Below are positions 15,823-31,229 of a stretch of DNA of 64,000 nucleotides, one piece after another. How positions within the stretch are numbered: the first letter of the stretch is position 1; each line of letters opens with the position of its first letter. Source of the stretch: the human T2T-CHM13v2.0 reference genome, Homo sapiens; assembly GCF_009914755.1 (NCBI RefSeq), contig NC_060934.1; one strand, given 5' to 3'. The translations under genes and the position numbers were made by a program. The notes under the pieces are model-generated. The model searched no databases. It was not told where the DNA came from and worked only from the letters and a program-made list of their open reading frames with translations.

Positions 15823-16601
15823 GCTGTTATCTTGAATTAATTATCATGAGGATAATCTCCTTTGTTTACTTTTAAATTCTAGTGATTTTACTAGAATTTC
15901 TAAGATAGCCTATGTTTATCCCTGGAAGCAGTTCCTGAGAAGTTAAAAGAACTCTATCCTGCAGGTAGTTTTTATATTTACAGCACTTTCATATTTGTAG
16001 AAGAAAATTTGAAGAGAATAAATAGCCAGATGTCTGTTTTGTGTTTTAAAAGCCTTAGTCTCACTAAGGCTTTTAAAATGGCAAATGCTATATAGGTTGT
16101 AAAACTTCTTACACAGCATTCCCTATAATTTATCATTTTAAAAGCTTCACTTCAGACTCTAAAGCATTCTTAAGTTGACAGGACTATGTATGAAAAATAT
16201 TTAGGAAACTTTGTTGTGTTCTTTGTATTTGTTTGTTTGAAGACCATGGTTCCAGATTTAAATCAGCTTCAAGCTGTGGAAAATGCAACAGGAATCAGAG
16301 AGAGAAGAACACACGTAGGCATCTGTGTTCTTCAAATTAAGTACTTAGCAATAGAATGTATTTTTATATATTTTGATGGTGAAAAAATATTCCTGCCATT
16401 TGTTTGAATATCTTATAAATACAGAGTTTAGTCCTTCATTTTCTCAATTGGTATATACCCTAGAGTCCATATATTTCCTGGTAGATACCATTCACCTAAT
16501 TTAGAGAGTACAGACTGATAGATATAACATAAATTATTGTGCTTGTCAGTTGTGGATTGGCAATGACCATATAGACTTAGCAAGGAAGGTGTTTCTTTAT
16601 A

Positions 16602-16918
16602 CAGATGCTCCTTGACTTGCAATGGGGTTATGTCCTGTTAAACCCATTGTAAGTTGAAAATATCAAGTTGAAAATTCATTTAATACACCTAACTTACAAA
16701 ACATCATAGCTTAGCCTAGCCTCCTTAAACATTTTCAGATAACTTACGTTAGCCTACAGTTGGGCAAAATTATCTAACAGAAAGTCTATTTTATAAAAAA
16801 AAAAAGTGTTGAAAAGATCAACATTCAAAGTACAGTTTCTACTGAATGTGCATCATTTTCACACCATCATAAAGTCAAACAATTGTAAGCCAAACCATCA
16901 TAAGTCAGGGACTGTCTG
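16602..16918 (+). mobile_element. MER47A-like Tigger DNA transposon relic
   Basis: CAGATGCTCCTTGACTT...AAGTCAGGGACTGTCTG imperfect terminal inverted repeats, flanked by TA. Confidence 0.8.
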
Positions 16919-17062
16919 TATTTGTTACGCATAAAATTTGAAAACAAAAAAAACCCCTCCATATTTCTGTTGTCTTTGGTAAGAAATACATCAAAAGAAT
17001 AAATAATTACATCTTTGATTTTAGGTTTATATTCCTGGAACATTGCCAATATCTATTTTAGG

Positions 17063-17081
17063 TGGCCACTGGAGGGCAGTA
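17063..17081 (+). promoter_or_regulatory. Candidate CTCF site
   Basis: TGGCCACTGGAGGGCAGTA; one mismatch to CCASYAGRKGGCRS. Confidence 0.45.
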
Positions 17082-18199
17082 TCTCTCTGTGATTTTTCTC
17101 TGTCCCTTAGATGGGAACTGGCCTTTGTTTTTAGGTCCTTTAGTAATCTAAAGTTTGCTTCATCTGTTTTCAAAAATGCTTCCAAGAATAAATAAATAAA
17201 GACAGAGTGCCTAGAAAATGGATAATTATTGTGTATATTGCATGATTTTACTCCCAGCTACCAGTATGAAAGCTGTGTTTACTAACAAGAAAATTTACCT
17301 TTGTTAAGTTTTCCATAATGATAGTTATAAAATCCATGTAAAATATGTCTTGGTGCAGTACGTATAAATAAATATACTTTCCACAGAGTGGTATAATTTT
17401 TCAACATTGCTTTTTTAAGAAGCCTTATTAAAAAGTAGTAGACATAAATTCCATGGATGTTGATTTTCTTTTTGTCATTAACTCTAATTAAGACACATTT
17501 CCTTGATTAAAATCCATTTTAAATATCATCTTGTTATTCAGAATGCTTGAATAGAAAGGAAACTTTCAATTACTGGATACACTTTCCAAAGTTTATAATC
17601 CATTTTGAATTATGAAAAACTGGATAAATACTTACTCAGTCCATAAGAAATCAACTCATTTTGACCTCTTCCTCTAGAAATGAATTCCTAAATGAACATT
17701 ACTTTCCCATACTCCAAATGAAAACACCACTTTCTTTCTTACCTCTTGTTCATATTCACTAGGTAGTCTAATTGTCCTTAAAACTCCTTTTATATCTGAA
17801 GGGTTTCAGGAATTCACTGAGATTGGTAGACATGTGTAGGAATTCCTCTACCTCTGGTGTCAAATTGTATATCCTCAAAGTGTAGGTTCTAGTACATATT
17901 TTCTGTTTATATATATGTTGCTGTTATTATTTCATGTAATTGCACTTATAGATCCATGTAGGACACATATCATAGATATTTGGATTTTGTTAATGAGAAT
18001 GTAACAAGGGCGAGAAATTTTGAACAGGGACAAGATGGGTAGATTCTCTTTTCCTTATTTCGCCCACATCTATCTATTGTTTACTCTTCACTCAAGAAAC
18101 AGTCATTATTGAGCACTTCAATATGTTAATGGGATACAAAGATATCTCTTTTGTCTGTGCCAATGAGCACAGACAAAAAAGAAATAAAGAACACCAGAA

Positions 18200-19770
18200 A
18201 GTATGTTCCCTTTACCCACAGGATTGGGAAAGAGACTGAGATGACTTTGAATACAGAAACCTTTTAGACAATAACCACCATACCCCAGGCAAACAGTATA
18301 GGAAAAAAACAAACAAACCGTAGTCCCTCATGTACCAGCCAAGGCTAAGTGAGGAACCTAGACCTCTATCCTCTCACATCTGTAAGGGGACACCCTTCTC
18401 CTTCCATCCTCTGCTAGGGTGGTATCAGAGAAGCCTGAATAGGGAGCCTGGATTTTCCACCACTGCCCAAAGAAAATGAGGCTTGCCCTCATAGTGTGTG
18501 AAGCCACATGTCAAGTACTAATGAGACACCCCTTCTCTCTCTGATCTAGAGTATGTTAGCACAGGCTTAGTGGGAGCCTAAACTCCTACCTCCTCCAAGT
18601 AGTAACTGACCCTCCTACCCTGTGTCACCGGAGACTGAGTAGGAAACCTGGACTTTTAGCCCCATCTGACATCAATGAAGTGACTACCCCATACTCTTCA
18701 CCCACTGGTAGATAGTCAGGAGGAGGCCTGCTAAAAATGCTAGATTTAAATATGATCCAGAATATAATAACATAAAACTTAAAATGTCCAGGATACAAAT
18801 GGAACTCAGGTATCACACCAAGAACCAGGAAAATCTTAACCTGAATGAGAAAAGATAATCAAAGATACAAAAACCAAAATAATGCAGATCTTGGAATTAT
18901 CTGACAAAGATATTTAAGCAGCCACCATAAAAATGGTTCAAGAAGCACATACTAACACACTTGAAACACATAAAAACGGAAGCAGCAAAGAAATAGAAGA
19001 TACAAAGAATTAAATGAAAATTTTGGAACATAAAAACACAGTAAGTAAAGTCAAAAGCTGGATAGACTCCATGGATTCCACAGCAGATTCAAGAGGACAA
19101 AGAGAAAAAAATCAGTAAACTTGAAGATAGAATAGAAATTACGCAAATTGAACAACAGAGATAAAACTCACCGAAAAATATATATCAGTCTTATGGACAT
19201 GTGAGACTATAGCAGATCTAATATTCATGTTGTTAAAGTCAAGAAGGAAAAGACAAAGAGGGTGGGGCTGAAAAAGTATTCATAGAATTAATAGCCGAAA
19301 TGTTCCCAAATTTGCCAAACAACATAAACATACAGATTCAAGCTGAGAAAACCCTAAATGGGATAAACCCAAAGAAATCCATGCCAAGATATATTACAAA
19401 CTGAAAACTGCAGGCCAAAGGAAAAAAAAAAAACATTGAAAGTGGTGAGATACAAGACACCTTATGTATAAGGAAAAATAAAACAATTTGAATGACATCA
19501 TCATCAGAAATTACCTAGCAAAAGAAAGTGACACAATATTTTCAAATGCTGAACGAGCACTGTCAACTGAGAATCCTATATCCGGTGAAAATATCCTTCA
19601 ATAATAAAAGGGAATTAAGATATGCTCAGATGAAGGAAAACTAAGGGGATTTGTCAACAGCATATCTATCCTAAAGGAAGTTTCTGAAACAGGAAGGAAG
19701 GAAATAATAAAAGAAGGAAACCTGGAACATCAGAAAGAAAAAAGCACAGTACAAGTAAAAGTATAGGGTC
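18200..19770 (+). mobile_element. Old L1 (L1M) 5' region and ORF1 remnant
   Basis: Degenerate ORF1 motifs, e.g. gtcaactgagaatcctatatccggtgaaaatatccttc (QPRILYPAKLSF-like). Confidence 0.7.
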
Positions 19771-20577
19771 ACATCCAGGATATCACACATTTATTTATTG
19801 TGTTTCCTCATTCTCTTAACTGTGACAATTTTTTGGTCTTTCCTTGAATTTGCATTTTTAATAAGCTCCCTAGGTGGTTTTCAGGTGGTAGAATTCGAGA
19901 CCCATTGCTGCTAAATTCAGAGGCAGATCCAGGCATTTCACTGACCCATAAACTCTTTAAGAAGCATGTTGACTGGGGGAACTTTCCCTTACTTGAGTAG
20001 TAGCTTGAACTTTGCTTCCCAAGTCATGCTGGTCAGGGACCCAGCAAAAAAAAACAAACAACAAAAAAAAGAAGGCAGCACACTTGGGGAATTCTGGAGA
20101 GAATTTAACAAAACTACCCCTTCATAGAGGTGTAGTCAGGGTTACGGTAACAAATAGGGGATGCTAAAGGAACCAAGAACTAGCACTAGCAAGACTTGAA
20201 AAGTTTTACTCTTCACGGGAATGAAAGGGAATAGGAATTCATCCAGCAGCAGCAGTAGTCAGAGATACATAGTTATGAAGAATGCAGCCCTGCCAGAACC
20301 ACAATGCCCTAAAGCGTGGAGGAAATACAGGAAGACATACCCAAAGCTTTACCTCCTCCTACTCTATATATGCTGGTGCCTCACATTGGTAGAACTGAAA
20401 TGGAAGTGGCCAAGGGATAAGGAACTGAATGCTAGAGTCCCAGATCACAGTGGAGGACTGTGGTGGAGAATGAATGGATTTGGGGGTGAGGTAAAGTGGG
20501 AATAACTAGCACTGTTTTAAGCAAAATGCCAGAGAAATAACCTGATTACTGTCCTTGGGTTAAAAAGCCAAAACAAG

Positions 20578-20942
<365 letters not shown>

Positions 20943-21340
20943 TTATGACTAAATCTATCATGCTTTAAAGAAACATTCAATATATTTAACCAATACCTTT
21001 AGTTCAGTTTTCTCTTCAGAAAGCCACTTCTGAAACCCAGTTGGCACTTAATGTATGTGTGATTTTACCTGTAAGGTTTCTAATTCCAGTTTGATTTTTC
21101 TGGCCAGGAAATTTACATTATTATGTTAATTTAATACAAAGTCTCCAAGGCTTGTAGCAGCTCATCCTTACCTTAAGGTCAAAGCTAGAATACAGCCATC
21201 TATAGGTAATATGTCAAAAGATGTTGTCCCCTTATTCTGATAGTAAGAGAGGTATTCAGGCCTTTAACAGTAGATGTTTGACTTTTAGGCCATTCAAATA
21301 TATAAATCAGTGGGTTTACCACTATTGTATTAAGCAGTGA

Positions 21341-21895
<555 letters not shown>

Positions 21896-23890
21896 TGCCC
21901 ACTTTTCTTATTCTTACTCAGCCCCTTTTCCTCCCTTAGGAGCATTGGTCCTCTGTTGTCCATTTTTATCACCAGATGTTTTCCACTGAAGCATGCACAT
22001 GCCACTGTCACCAAAACAAACAACTACCACTTTCCAAATTTCATTCAGAACCATTTTAGTGTTTTCCTATTCCCTACCCCTCCCACTACTTTCAATGATG
22101 AAATACCCTAAGTTAAGTTCTCCTTTTGACACTTTATTGCCTAGATGCTGCAATGTTTTTATGTTTCCTTTATGCCAAACATAACAAAACAGTTATATAG
22201 ACTGCTTTAGCAAAGTACACAATAATGGCTTATAAATGGTGTTTAAATATGCATTCATTTTAATCTACTGAACAAATATTGGGATAACTCCAAACCGCAT
22301 GAAAGGGTGTAATTGCAGCATGAGTTAAATCTTGAAGCCTAGAATTGTCAGCACTTCCAACTTCTTGTTTGACAGTGTTATTTATGTTATTTATATTAGC
22401 TAACAGGAAACAACTACTGTGTTTCAACATAATAAATATAATAGAAAAATATTTTATTTGTATTGTTGTATAAAATATTTACAATCATATAGAATATATA
22501 GAGTTACATTTTAATAGCAACTGTGTACATGTCACGAAACCATTTCCCTTATCAAAGATGTAATTTGTAAACCTCAAATAGTTGTGTATCTGTCCTGTTA
22601 GAAGTAGATGACTTCAATTAAACAAATTTATGAAGGACATTATTCTGATTCATAAAAGTTATAAAATATTAGGTAAATACAGAGAAAACAATAAGCCTCT
22701 GAAATAAGTCTGTTTCTGAAATAGTCAATAGTCTTCCCATCCAAACTATAAGAGAATGTGAATTTCTTCAACATCATACTTAAACATTACAGAAAATAGA
22801 AATACAAACAAGGTTGGTACATGAGAGAAAATGTTGACCTTTTACTTCCTTTTACAAAAATGAAAATAATAAACATGTTTTCGTATAAAATAACACAAAA
22901 TGATATACACTGAAGTTGATGAAGCAAATAAATATTCTGGCTTCTTTTTCAAGGTATCAGGGCAAACAATTTCCAAACTTTTCATTTTGTACAGAAGGAT
23001 GAATAACTACAGCTCATGGGAAATGTTTTGACTTTACAAAGTATAGATGTTGGAACATTAAGAAAAATGTATATTCCCAATGAAAAAATAGTTATATCAT
23101 CTTATAGTAAACCAAAAGATTAGCAATAATACTATGGACACATTAGATTATATACTACAGACACATATCTATCCAAAATACCTATTTTAAATTTTTAATA
23201 CAATATTTTATTTTAATATAAACATCTGTCAGTTATAGACAAAGATAATAATTCACAAAGTACATGCTATCAGAATGAACTTTGGTAACCAGAAATGTAA
23301 AATTTCAAATAACGGATAAAATAATGTGTTATTTTTATAGAGAAAGAAAAAAAATAGCAACACAATCTAGTTTATTTTAGGGTACTGAGAGCCTAGCAGA
23401 CTTAAAGGACAAGGTAGTAAATGTTTTATCACTCAAAAATCCATTAGAAGTTTCAAATAAATTGCTTTCTTGCTAGCTGTATTCCTTCCTACTTGAAAAG
23501 CGAATTTCTTTTCCTCCTATGATTGATTTTTTAAAATCATGCTCTTTTCCATACATCAACATAAACAGTCTTTGGATACTAAATAAACTTTCCCTAACAA
23601 GTGTCCTAGCTATGTTATTTAGATTTGATAAAATATTAGACATTTTTAAAAATACTTGTATTGACTATGAGTTTTCTGCTTGGCATGGAGGACACTGAAT
23701 TTTTTCCCAATTATATGGCTACCTGTTGTATTCTTCCCCCCGTTTAAATCCCTTCTCCTTGTATATAATTAAACTTGCTATTCCTTCTTAAAAACAGCTA
23801 ATACTACCACTAAAGTGCTTCCATTTTCATTGTGTCAAAACTACTTAGCAAGGATGGCAGAGGAAAATAAACTTTACTTTATATCATGGG
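21896..23890 (+). other. PHYHIPL: PHYHIPL 3' UTR; end uncertain, several candidate polyA signals
   Basis: Follows the stop codon with no repeats recognised. + strand AATAAA at 22431, 22868, 22927, 23456, 23582 and 23866. Confidence 0.55.
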
Positions 23891-23918
23891 TGAAAGTGAT
23901 CATAACATTTCCTGAACC
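22435..23918 (-). other. FAM13C: FAM13C 3' UTR (approximate end)
   Basis: Follows TGA at 23919-23921. Minus-strand AATAAA at 22453-22458 with TGTAAATA upstream (22476-22483) and a GT-rich stretch downstream. Alternative signals at 23371, 23207 and 22133. Confidence 0.6.
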
Positions 23919-24110
<192 letters not shown>

Positions 24111-25427
24111 TCATACATGAGAAAGTATACTGTAACAGCCTCCACTTGGTTTTTGCATCATGTCTTCTTTTCCTTCCCTTTCACCTTCATTCACTCCTTC
24201 TTCCATGTGTTACTAAGTTTCTAAATAATAGTAACCTTTGAAAACTTGAATGTCATAAGTGTTTTGCAAATATGTGGTCTAGTGCTTAGACTTACAACAA
24301 AGGGGTCAGTGAAAAGATCTAAGGAGAAGCAAACAAACAAGAAACAGAACTTTCAAGGCATTCTTTGTCCAGTCATTCTTCCATTATTTGCCACACCCCT
24401 ACAGCTGTACAAAATGATCAGCCCTAATACAGTTGTTAAAAATATTAACCTGAAAATACTACAGGAATTTCATTATAAAAATAACATAAACCTATGGTAA
24501 CAAGAAAAGCATTTAGGGTCTGTCTTACAAACTTGAAACGTTTCCAGATTTTCTTGTAATTATAATACCTATCTCTGCTAATATATAGTAGAACCACTGA
24601 GCTGTTCCTTGATTGAAGTAATTGACAAGAGTCTAAATTGTGGTGGTTCTCTTCTGTACACTAATTCTACTAAGGCTAGACATGTAACAATGCATAGATT
24701 TTTATACATATGCAGCATACTCTTGCTGTTTACTTGGAAGAATAACTTGGTAATATCAGGAGTTAAAACCATTTGCCTTCCCACAAAAATATGTTGTCAG
24801 GAAACGTTTTCTAAAGGGAAAAATTGCGACAGGGTCTCAGAAGGCTCTTGTTTTCTTGGTTAATAAGATAGCCAATCGTTTTGAAAACATTTCCACCCAC
24901 GACTTTGAAATTCAAGGGGTAGAGGACACAGATATAGTCACCACAATTACAACTGAATATAACCACAAGTATTCTCTAATGTTAGTATGGCTGAAACCAG
25001 GTAAATAGCATATATTTAATGTTTTATCTTTAGCTCCCTTCTATTTTTCCCAGTAGTGATAAAGAGATATTTCTATCTCTTACCAAATAAAAAACAAGCT
25101 AATCTATACAAATTAAGAATATAGTATCTACTTGTATTTCAACACTATTTATTGCCCTGCAATTTCTAGTACAGAACTCAGAACAGTATACAAATCCATA
25201 GACAGCATTCTTCTTAACTGTTGTCTAAATTATATAACATATATCTTTGCCTCCATTCTGTGTTATGAGTCAAACTTATCATGGCTGGATGTCTGAATAC
25301 CACCTTAATTTGTATAAATAGATCTAAGTAAAGAAATTGTCTAATTATTACAGAGAAACATTAATAATCAATTATGTAATTTTCCGTAGTTTTGCATATT
25401 CCATTTTGGCTAATAAGAGTGCTTTGA

Positions 25428-25743
25428 GGCCGGGCACAGTGGCTCACGCCTGTAATCCCAGCACTTTGAGAGGCCGAGGCGGGCGGATCACAAGGTCAGG
25501 AGATTGAGACCATCCTGGCTAACATGGTGAAACCCTGTCTCTACTAAAAATATAAAAACTTAGCCACGCGTGGTGGCGTACGCCTGTAGTCCCAGCTACT
25601 TGGGAGGCTGAGGCAGGAGAATGGCGTGAACCGTGAACCCAGGAGGCGGAGCTTGCAGTGAGCCGAGATCGCGTCACTGCACTCCAGCCCAGGTGACAGA
25701 GTGAGACTCCGTCTCAAAAGAAAAAAAAAAAAAAAAAAAAAAA
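25428..25743 (+). mobile_element. AluY with 13-bp TSD
   Basis: AluY positions CCTGGCTAAC, AATGGCGTGAAC and GGAGCTTGC. TSD AAGAGTGCTTTGA at 25415-25427 and 25742-25754. Confidence 0.92.
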
Positions 25744-27802
25744 GAGTGCTTTGACAAGAATGAAAAGTTTTGCCAAGTCTTTCCTGAAGGAGTTTCTCCA
25801 TTATATAAAACATACTAAAGTGCTTAGCACACTTCCAGGCTAATAATTATTAATAATAATGTAATATCTGCATGATTCTCATGCCTCTTGTATGGCAAAT
25901 ATTACCAAGAACATTTATAGTGCCTTAAACATTTTAGTAATCCATTTGCATGGTTATTTTAACTTATGGATGCTTAGGCCTTCCCAATAAAATGTCTTAG
26001 ATAAACAAAATTAAGGTCCATATTTCCTAGCCATTCAACTGTTTGATTTTAGTTGTAAAAGATCATCACTTGTGCATTTAGTTGAAATATATCATCACAA
26101 GGGGGCATAAAACTTCATAGACAAATACAGACTTATCTGAAGTGGGTTTAAGACTCATAGGTGCAGTGGAACACTACACATAGAACATAACTAACTTCCC
26201 TGTATGTATGACAAAAAGCACACCAAGTGACACTGCAGATCCAGTAGGGAGGACTAGTAGCACACTGGGAAGTTCTCAAACCCCTTACGATAGATTCCTG
26301 AGTTCAAATTGCTAAAAAATATAAATTTATTCAGGGAACTCAAATTTATGAAAAGAGTGTACGCACATCTTAAAGTGTCATTTCTCATATGTAATGACTG
26401 TTTAGATTTAGAATATGTGATAACATCTCCACAAATATTTCCCTGAATGAAAAATTCCCATAGAATACCTTTAATCCAAAAGAGGCAGAGATCAGGAACT
26501 TTATAGTGCAAGTCACATATTTACCCAAAGTATAATAGGAGCAGACAGTCCAGACAGACAAAGTTACTACTCCAAGGAATATTTTACAAGGAAAGTTACA
26601 TGAACATTTTATAAAAGAAAAAAGTATGGAAAAGGAAAAAAATAACAAATGCTTTATATTCTAAATTTATGAGCCACATAACATTTCTCACTAGATTACT
26701 TAACATCACCAAAAAGGTAAGTTGGACTTGTAGCAATCAACTGGAAAGGAAGATTGTAAGTAGAAAATAAGTTGTTACATCTGTATTGGCTGAATGCAAA
26801 AAGCTTTTCACTCAATAGGTCCAGTCCTAAAGAATATCCCTGGTAGGCTAAAATGGAAAACCTGCCAGGGACTAAGAGGTAAGTAGACCACGCATGAGAG
26901 TTTCAAGGTGCTTTTGGAAAATAGTCCCTTTCCATCAGGACAACCCTCAACCTGCTGAACTGAAAAGTCAAATACAATACCTAAATGGAGAGGAATACAG
27001 AGGAGCCCATGTAGCACTGATGAGTTTAATGATGAGTTTATGAGTTGAATAATGAGTTTAATCTCATTTCATCTACTTAATAACTTGTGGCTTTGGGAAA
27101 GTTACACTCTTCATTTATTTATTTTTGTAAAGATTGATATCCCACATGACAGCTGTAGCTTCCCAAAGTATCCCAGGAGTCCAACCATTTCAGCTCATAA
27201 AATGGGAACTGAGGTTCAAGATAGCTAAGCAATTTATCTCTCTTCCAAATTAGATCAATAACCTTATCTCTTGATTATATATGTAATTTTGTTGATGATA
27301 CACCAAAAATTGGAGGAAACTAATAGAGTGTATAATGAGACTTGGGTTGACACAGAAAAATAGAGGACAGATGATACAGCTAACCATTTATTTAAGAAGT
27401 AGAAAGAATGACTATGAATTTTTGATCAACTCTTGAAATAAAATAATTAGGGACAGATCCTGACTTTTAAGGAAGACATTTAAAGCAAATAAGGAATTAT
27501 TATTTAATAAATTAGGGAGTAACTTGTGGAACTAAGAAACCAACAACAAAGCAGTTATGTGGGCTAAAAAAATCAACAGATTTTTTTAAAGGTTTAAATA
27601 AATTCATTTATTTATGATGAGATTTATTGTGCAAAGTTAGAGATTTTTGGAGTTTATCCTTTATTTTTTACAGATTGATGTCATACCTGACAGCTACCAT
27701 GTCCCATGAAACATCCCTAATACTGGCACTATTAGAATGTTGCATTGGACAAATCCTGAGTCTAAGCCAGTGTGGAAATTATATACATTTTGTAAAAAGT
27801 CA

Positions 27803-28063
<261 letters not shown>

Positions 28064-29110
28064 TCAGCCAAAAAAGCATCTATGATTGAAAAGTGTTCCC
28101 ATCATAAGAGTATCTTTTGAGTAAATATGACACACATAGAGCCTGACCATAGGCAAGCACATAAGCAGGGAAAATTACCTGATGGAAAAAATATCACAGG
28201 ATAGGGGAAAGGACAGACAAGAGGCAAGGAGATTGATTGAATCCACTGAAGGAACTGGAAAGGGTAACAGCAATATAGGTGGATGAGGGAAGGGATATTT
28301 TGAAGGAATACTCATCAGCATTTGGTGATAGACTGAACATAAGAGATACAGAGGAGCAGCTTTTAAAGAAAATTCTATTCTTAATCTAGAGAAATAAGTG
28401 TGGGAATATTGGGAGAATAGCAAAACCCTTGTGAATGAAAATAAGACCCAGAAGAAAGCGATAGTTACATTGCAAATTCTACTCACTTCATTCTACCAAG
28501 ATGAGAGAAAAGTCATATACTCTAGAGCAGGAATCTGGTATATACACAAGCATACCCAAACTCATGTATGGTTTCAGAGATTCTGTGAACTTGAAATTAT
28601 ACATGGGCATTTTCTTAAAATGATTCTATTGGTTTCAAAAAAGTCCCAACACCCCTTGAAAAGTTAGGAATAACTGCTTTAGAACCACCACCAAAAAAAT
28701 GATTTTCTACTTGCTTTCTCTGACAGACACTTCTGTCAACTTAAATTAAATTAAATTAAATCTCATAATCTGGGCTGTAAGATACAAACCAAAGAAGGCC
28801 AAATTATCATGAGGAATGCCAGCTACTGAATAATGATAATAATAATGATAATGATAATATTAATGAAAATCCAAATGGCTTATATCTGAAGGGCTATTTA
28901 AGAGACAAAGGGCAAGTCATTTGCTTACTACCAAGTGGATTTCTAGTGGAAAAACTATCTCATCTAAATGTAAGAGACTAGGATAAAGGCCCTGAGAACT
29001 GTTGACCCACCCCTTTGAGTCCAGCATTTTCAAAGGCCAGCTCTACTTCATATACTGGTATCAGACCAGAAGGAGTTAAGAGGAGACTCCACACTTAGGA
29101 TTCATACTCA

Positions 29111-29341
<231 letters not shown>

Positions 29342-30618
29342 TCATGTAATGCTCAGTGCCTCTTGAGGAAACAAAAACAGGAAGGGGAACTATAAATCAA
29401 TGCCATGAAAACCAGTAGGTGACCCATGTGCCTACTGAGAACTGGGATGGAAGAAACCAAGAGGAGCTCTTTCGCAGTTTCATTAAAAACCTACAGAAGT
29501 TAATGAGCAAAAAGGCAGCAGTCATGCTGGGCTAAAACACTCACCAAGTTCATCTGTGTCTTCTGGGCCAATGAAGGCACAGACCATTAGGATATGGTCC
29601 AGTCTGGACTATACTACCAAGTGGTTCCTCCCTTTCACTCAGACCTTCTGGGCTCCAGCTTAATACTTGTGATATGAGTTAAGATAAGGTGGACTACGGA
29701 CAACTTTTATCCTCCAGAAATACCCCAAGTCAGGTCCCAGTGGGGACCAACATTCAGATACAGAGGATACTCAGTAAATTGACAAGTTCAGGGGAGAGCT
29801 ATTTGAAGGCCAAAGCAAAGTGGGGTTACTCCTCAACTGTTCTGATAATTCTTATCACAACTAGAAGATTCTCTTGCAAGAAATATAAGAACCTTACTAC
29901 ATTTTAAATTATGCTTCCATAAAGGGAAAATTCCAAAGACTATGAATTATTATTCACTTAATGTCTTTAAAAATGTGGAAGTATAATTTGTCTCAAAAAA
30001 AATGGAAGTATAAATGTACCCAAGCATACTTAAATTTATATTTGTTAATATTTATTCCTTTTTATATTGATATCTTGAACAAGTAACTGTTTTGATATTG
30101 ATGGAGTAGGATTTGTGATGCTTTTCTAGTTCTGTATTCCCATAAATCATTCTTTATTAAAAGTAGCCTAATTCAATTTCAGTACTTATATTTTCTATTG
30201 AAATAAATCTTCTCATATCTTGTACAGTATGGTCAAATGGTACCAAAAACAAATGTTGCATTATATCAAGAATATATTGTTAATTTTCTGATTAAAGGAA
30301 AAAATTAACCAACACACAGAACAGAAAGGCTCTGTTTTGTCTAGCTGTGTTACAAATTAGAAAATGCCAAACTGAAATCTATCATTTCTTTTCACCCAAG
30401 ATAATGAAAGCAAATGTTAAAATTGGCTCTAGACATACAAGTGCTATATGTTCCTATTTTACAATAGTTCTAATATCAGCCACTGTTAAATATAGTAATG
30501 GGGTTAGAGAAGACCAAATTTTCACTTTTTGAAATGACAACTAGCCTTGTTTGCAGTATATACTGCCATGAAGGGTCTTTTATAACTCTTGTACTACTAT
30601 GTGACATCATGTTAACTA

Positions 30619-30771
<153 letters not shown>

Positions 30772-30861
30772 TTAATTATTATTCCTCTCTCAGACAAGAA
30801 TGAAAACGTCAACATTTTTAGCAGACAAAAAGCCTCAAAGTAAAGGATTATAATACTATAA

Positions 30862-31229
<368 letters not shown>

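Noticed and set aside
27017-27062. Four ATGAGTT units, resembling a C box or a repeat array
   Set aside because: Irregular slippage repeat with no D box or terminal stem and no unique spacers.
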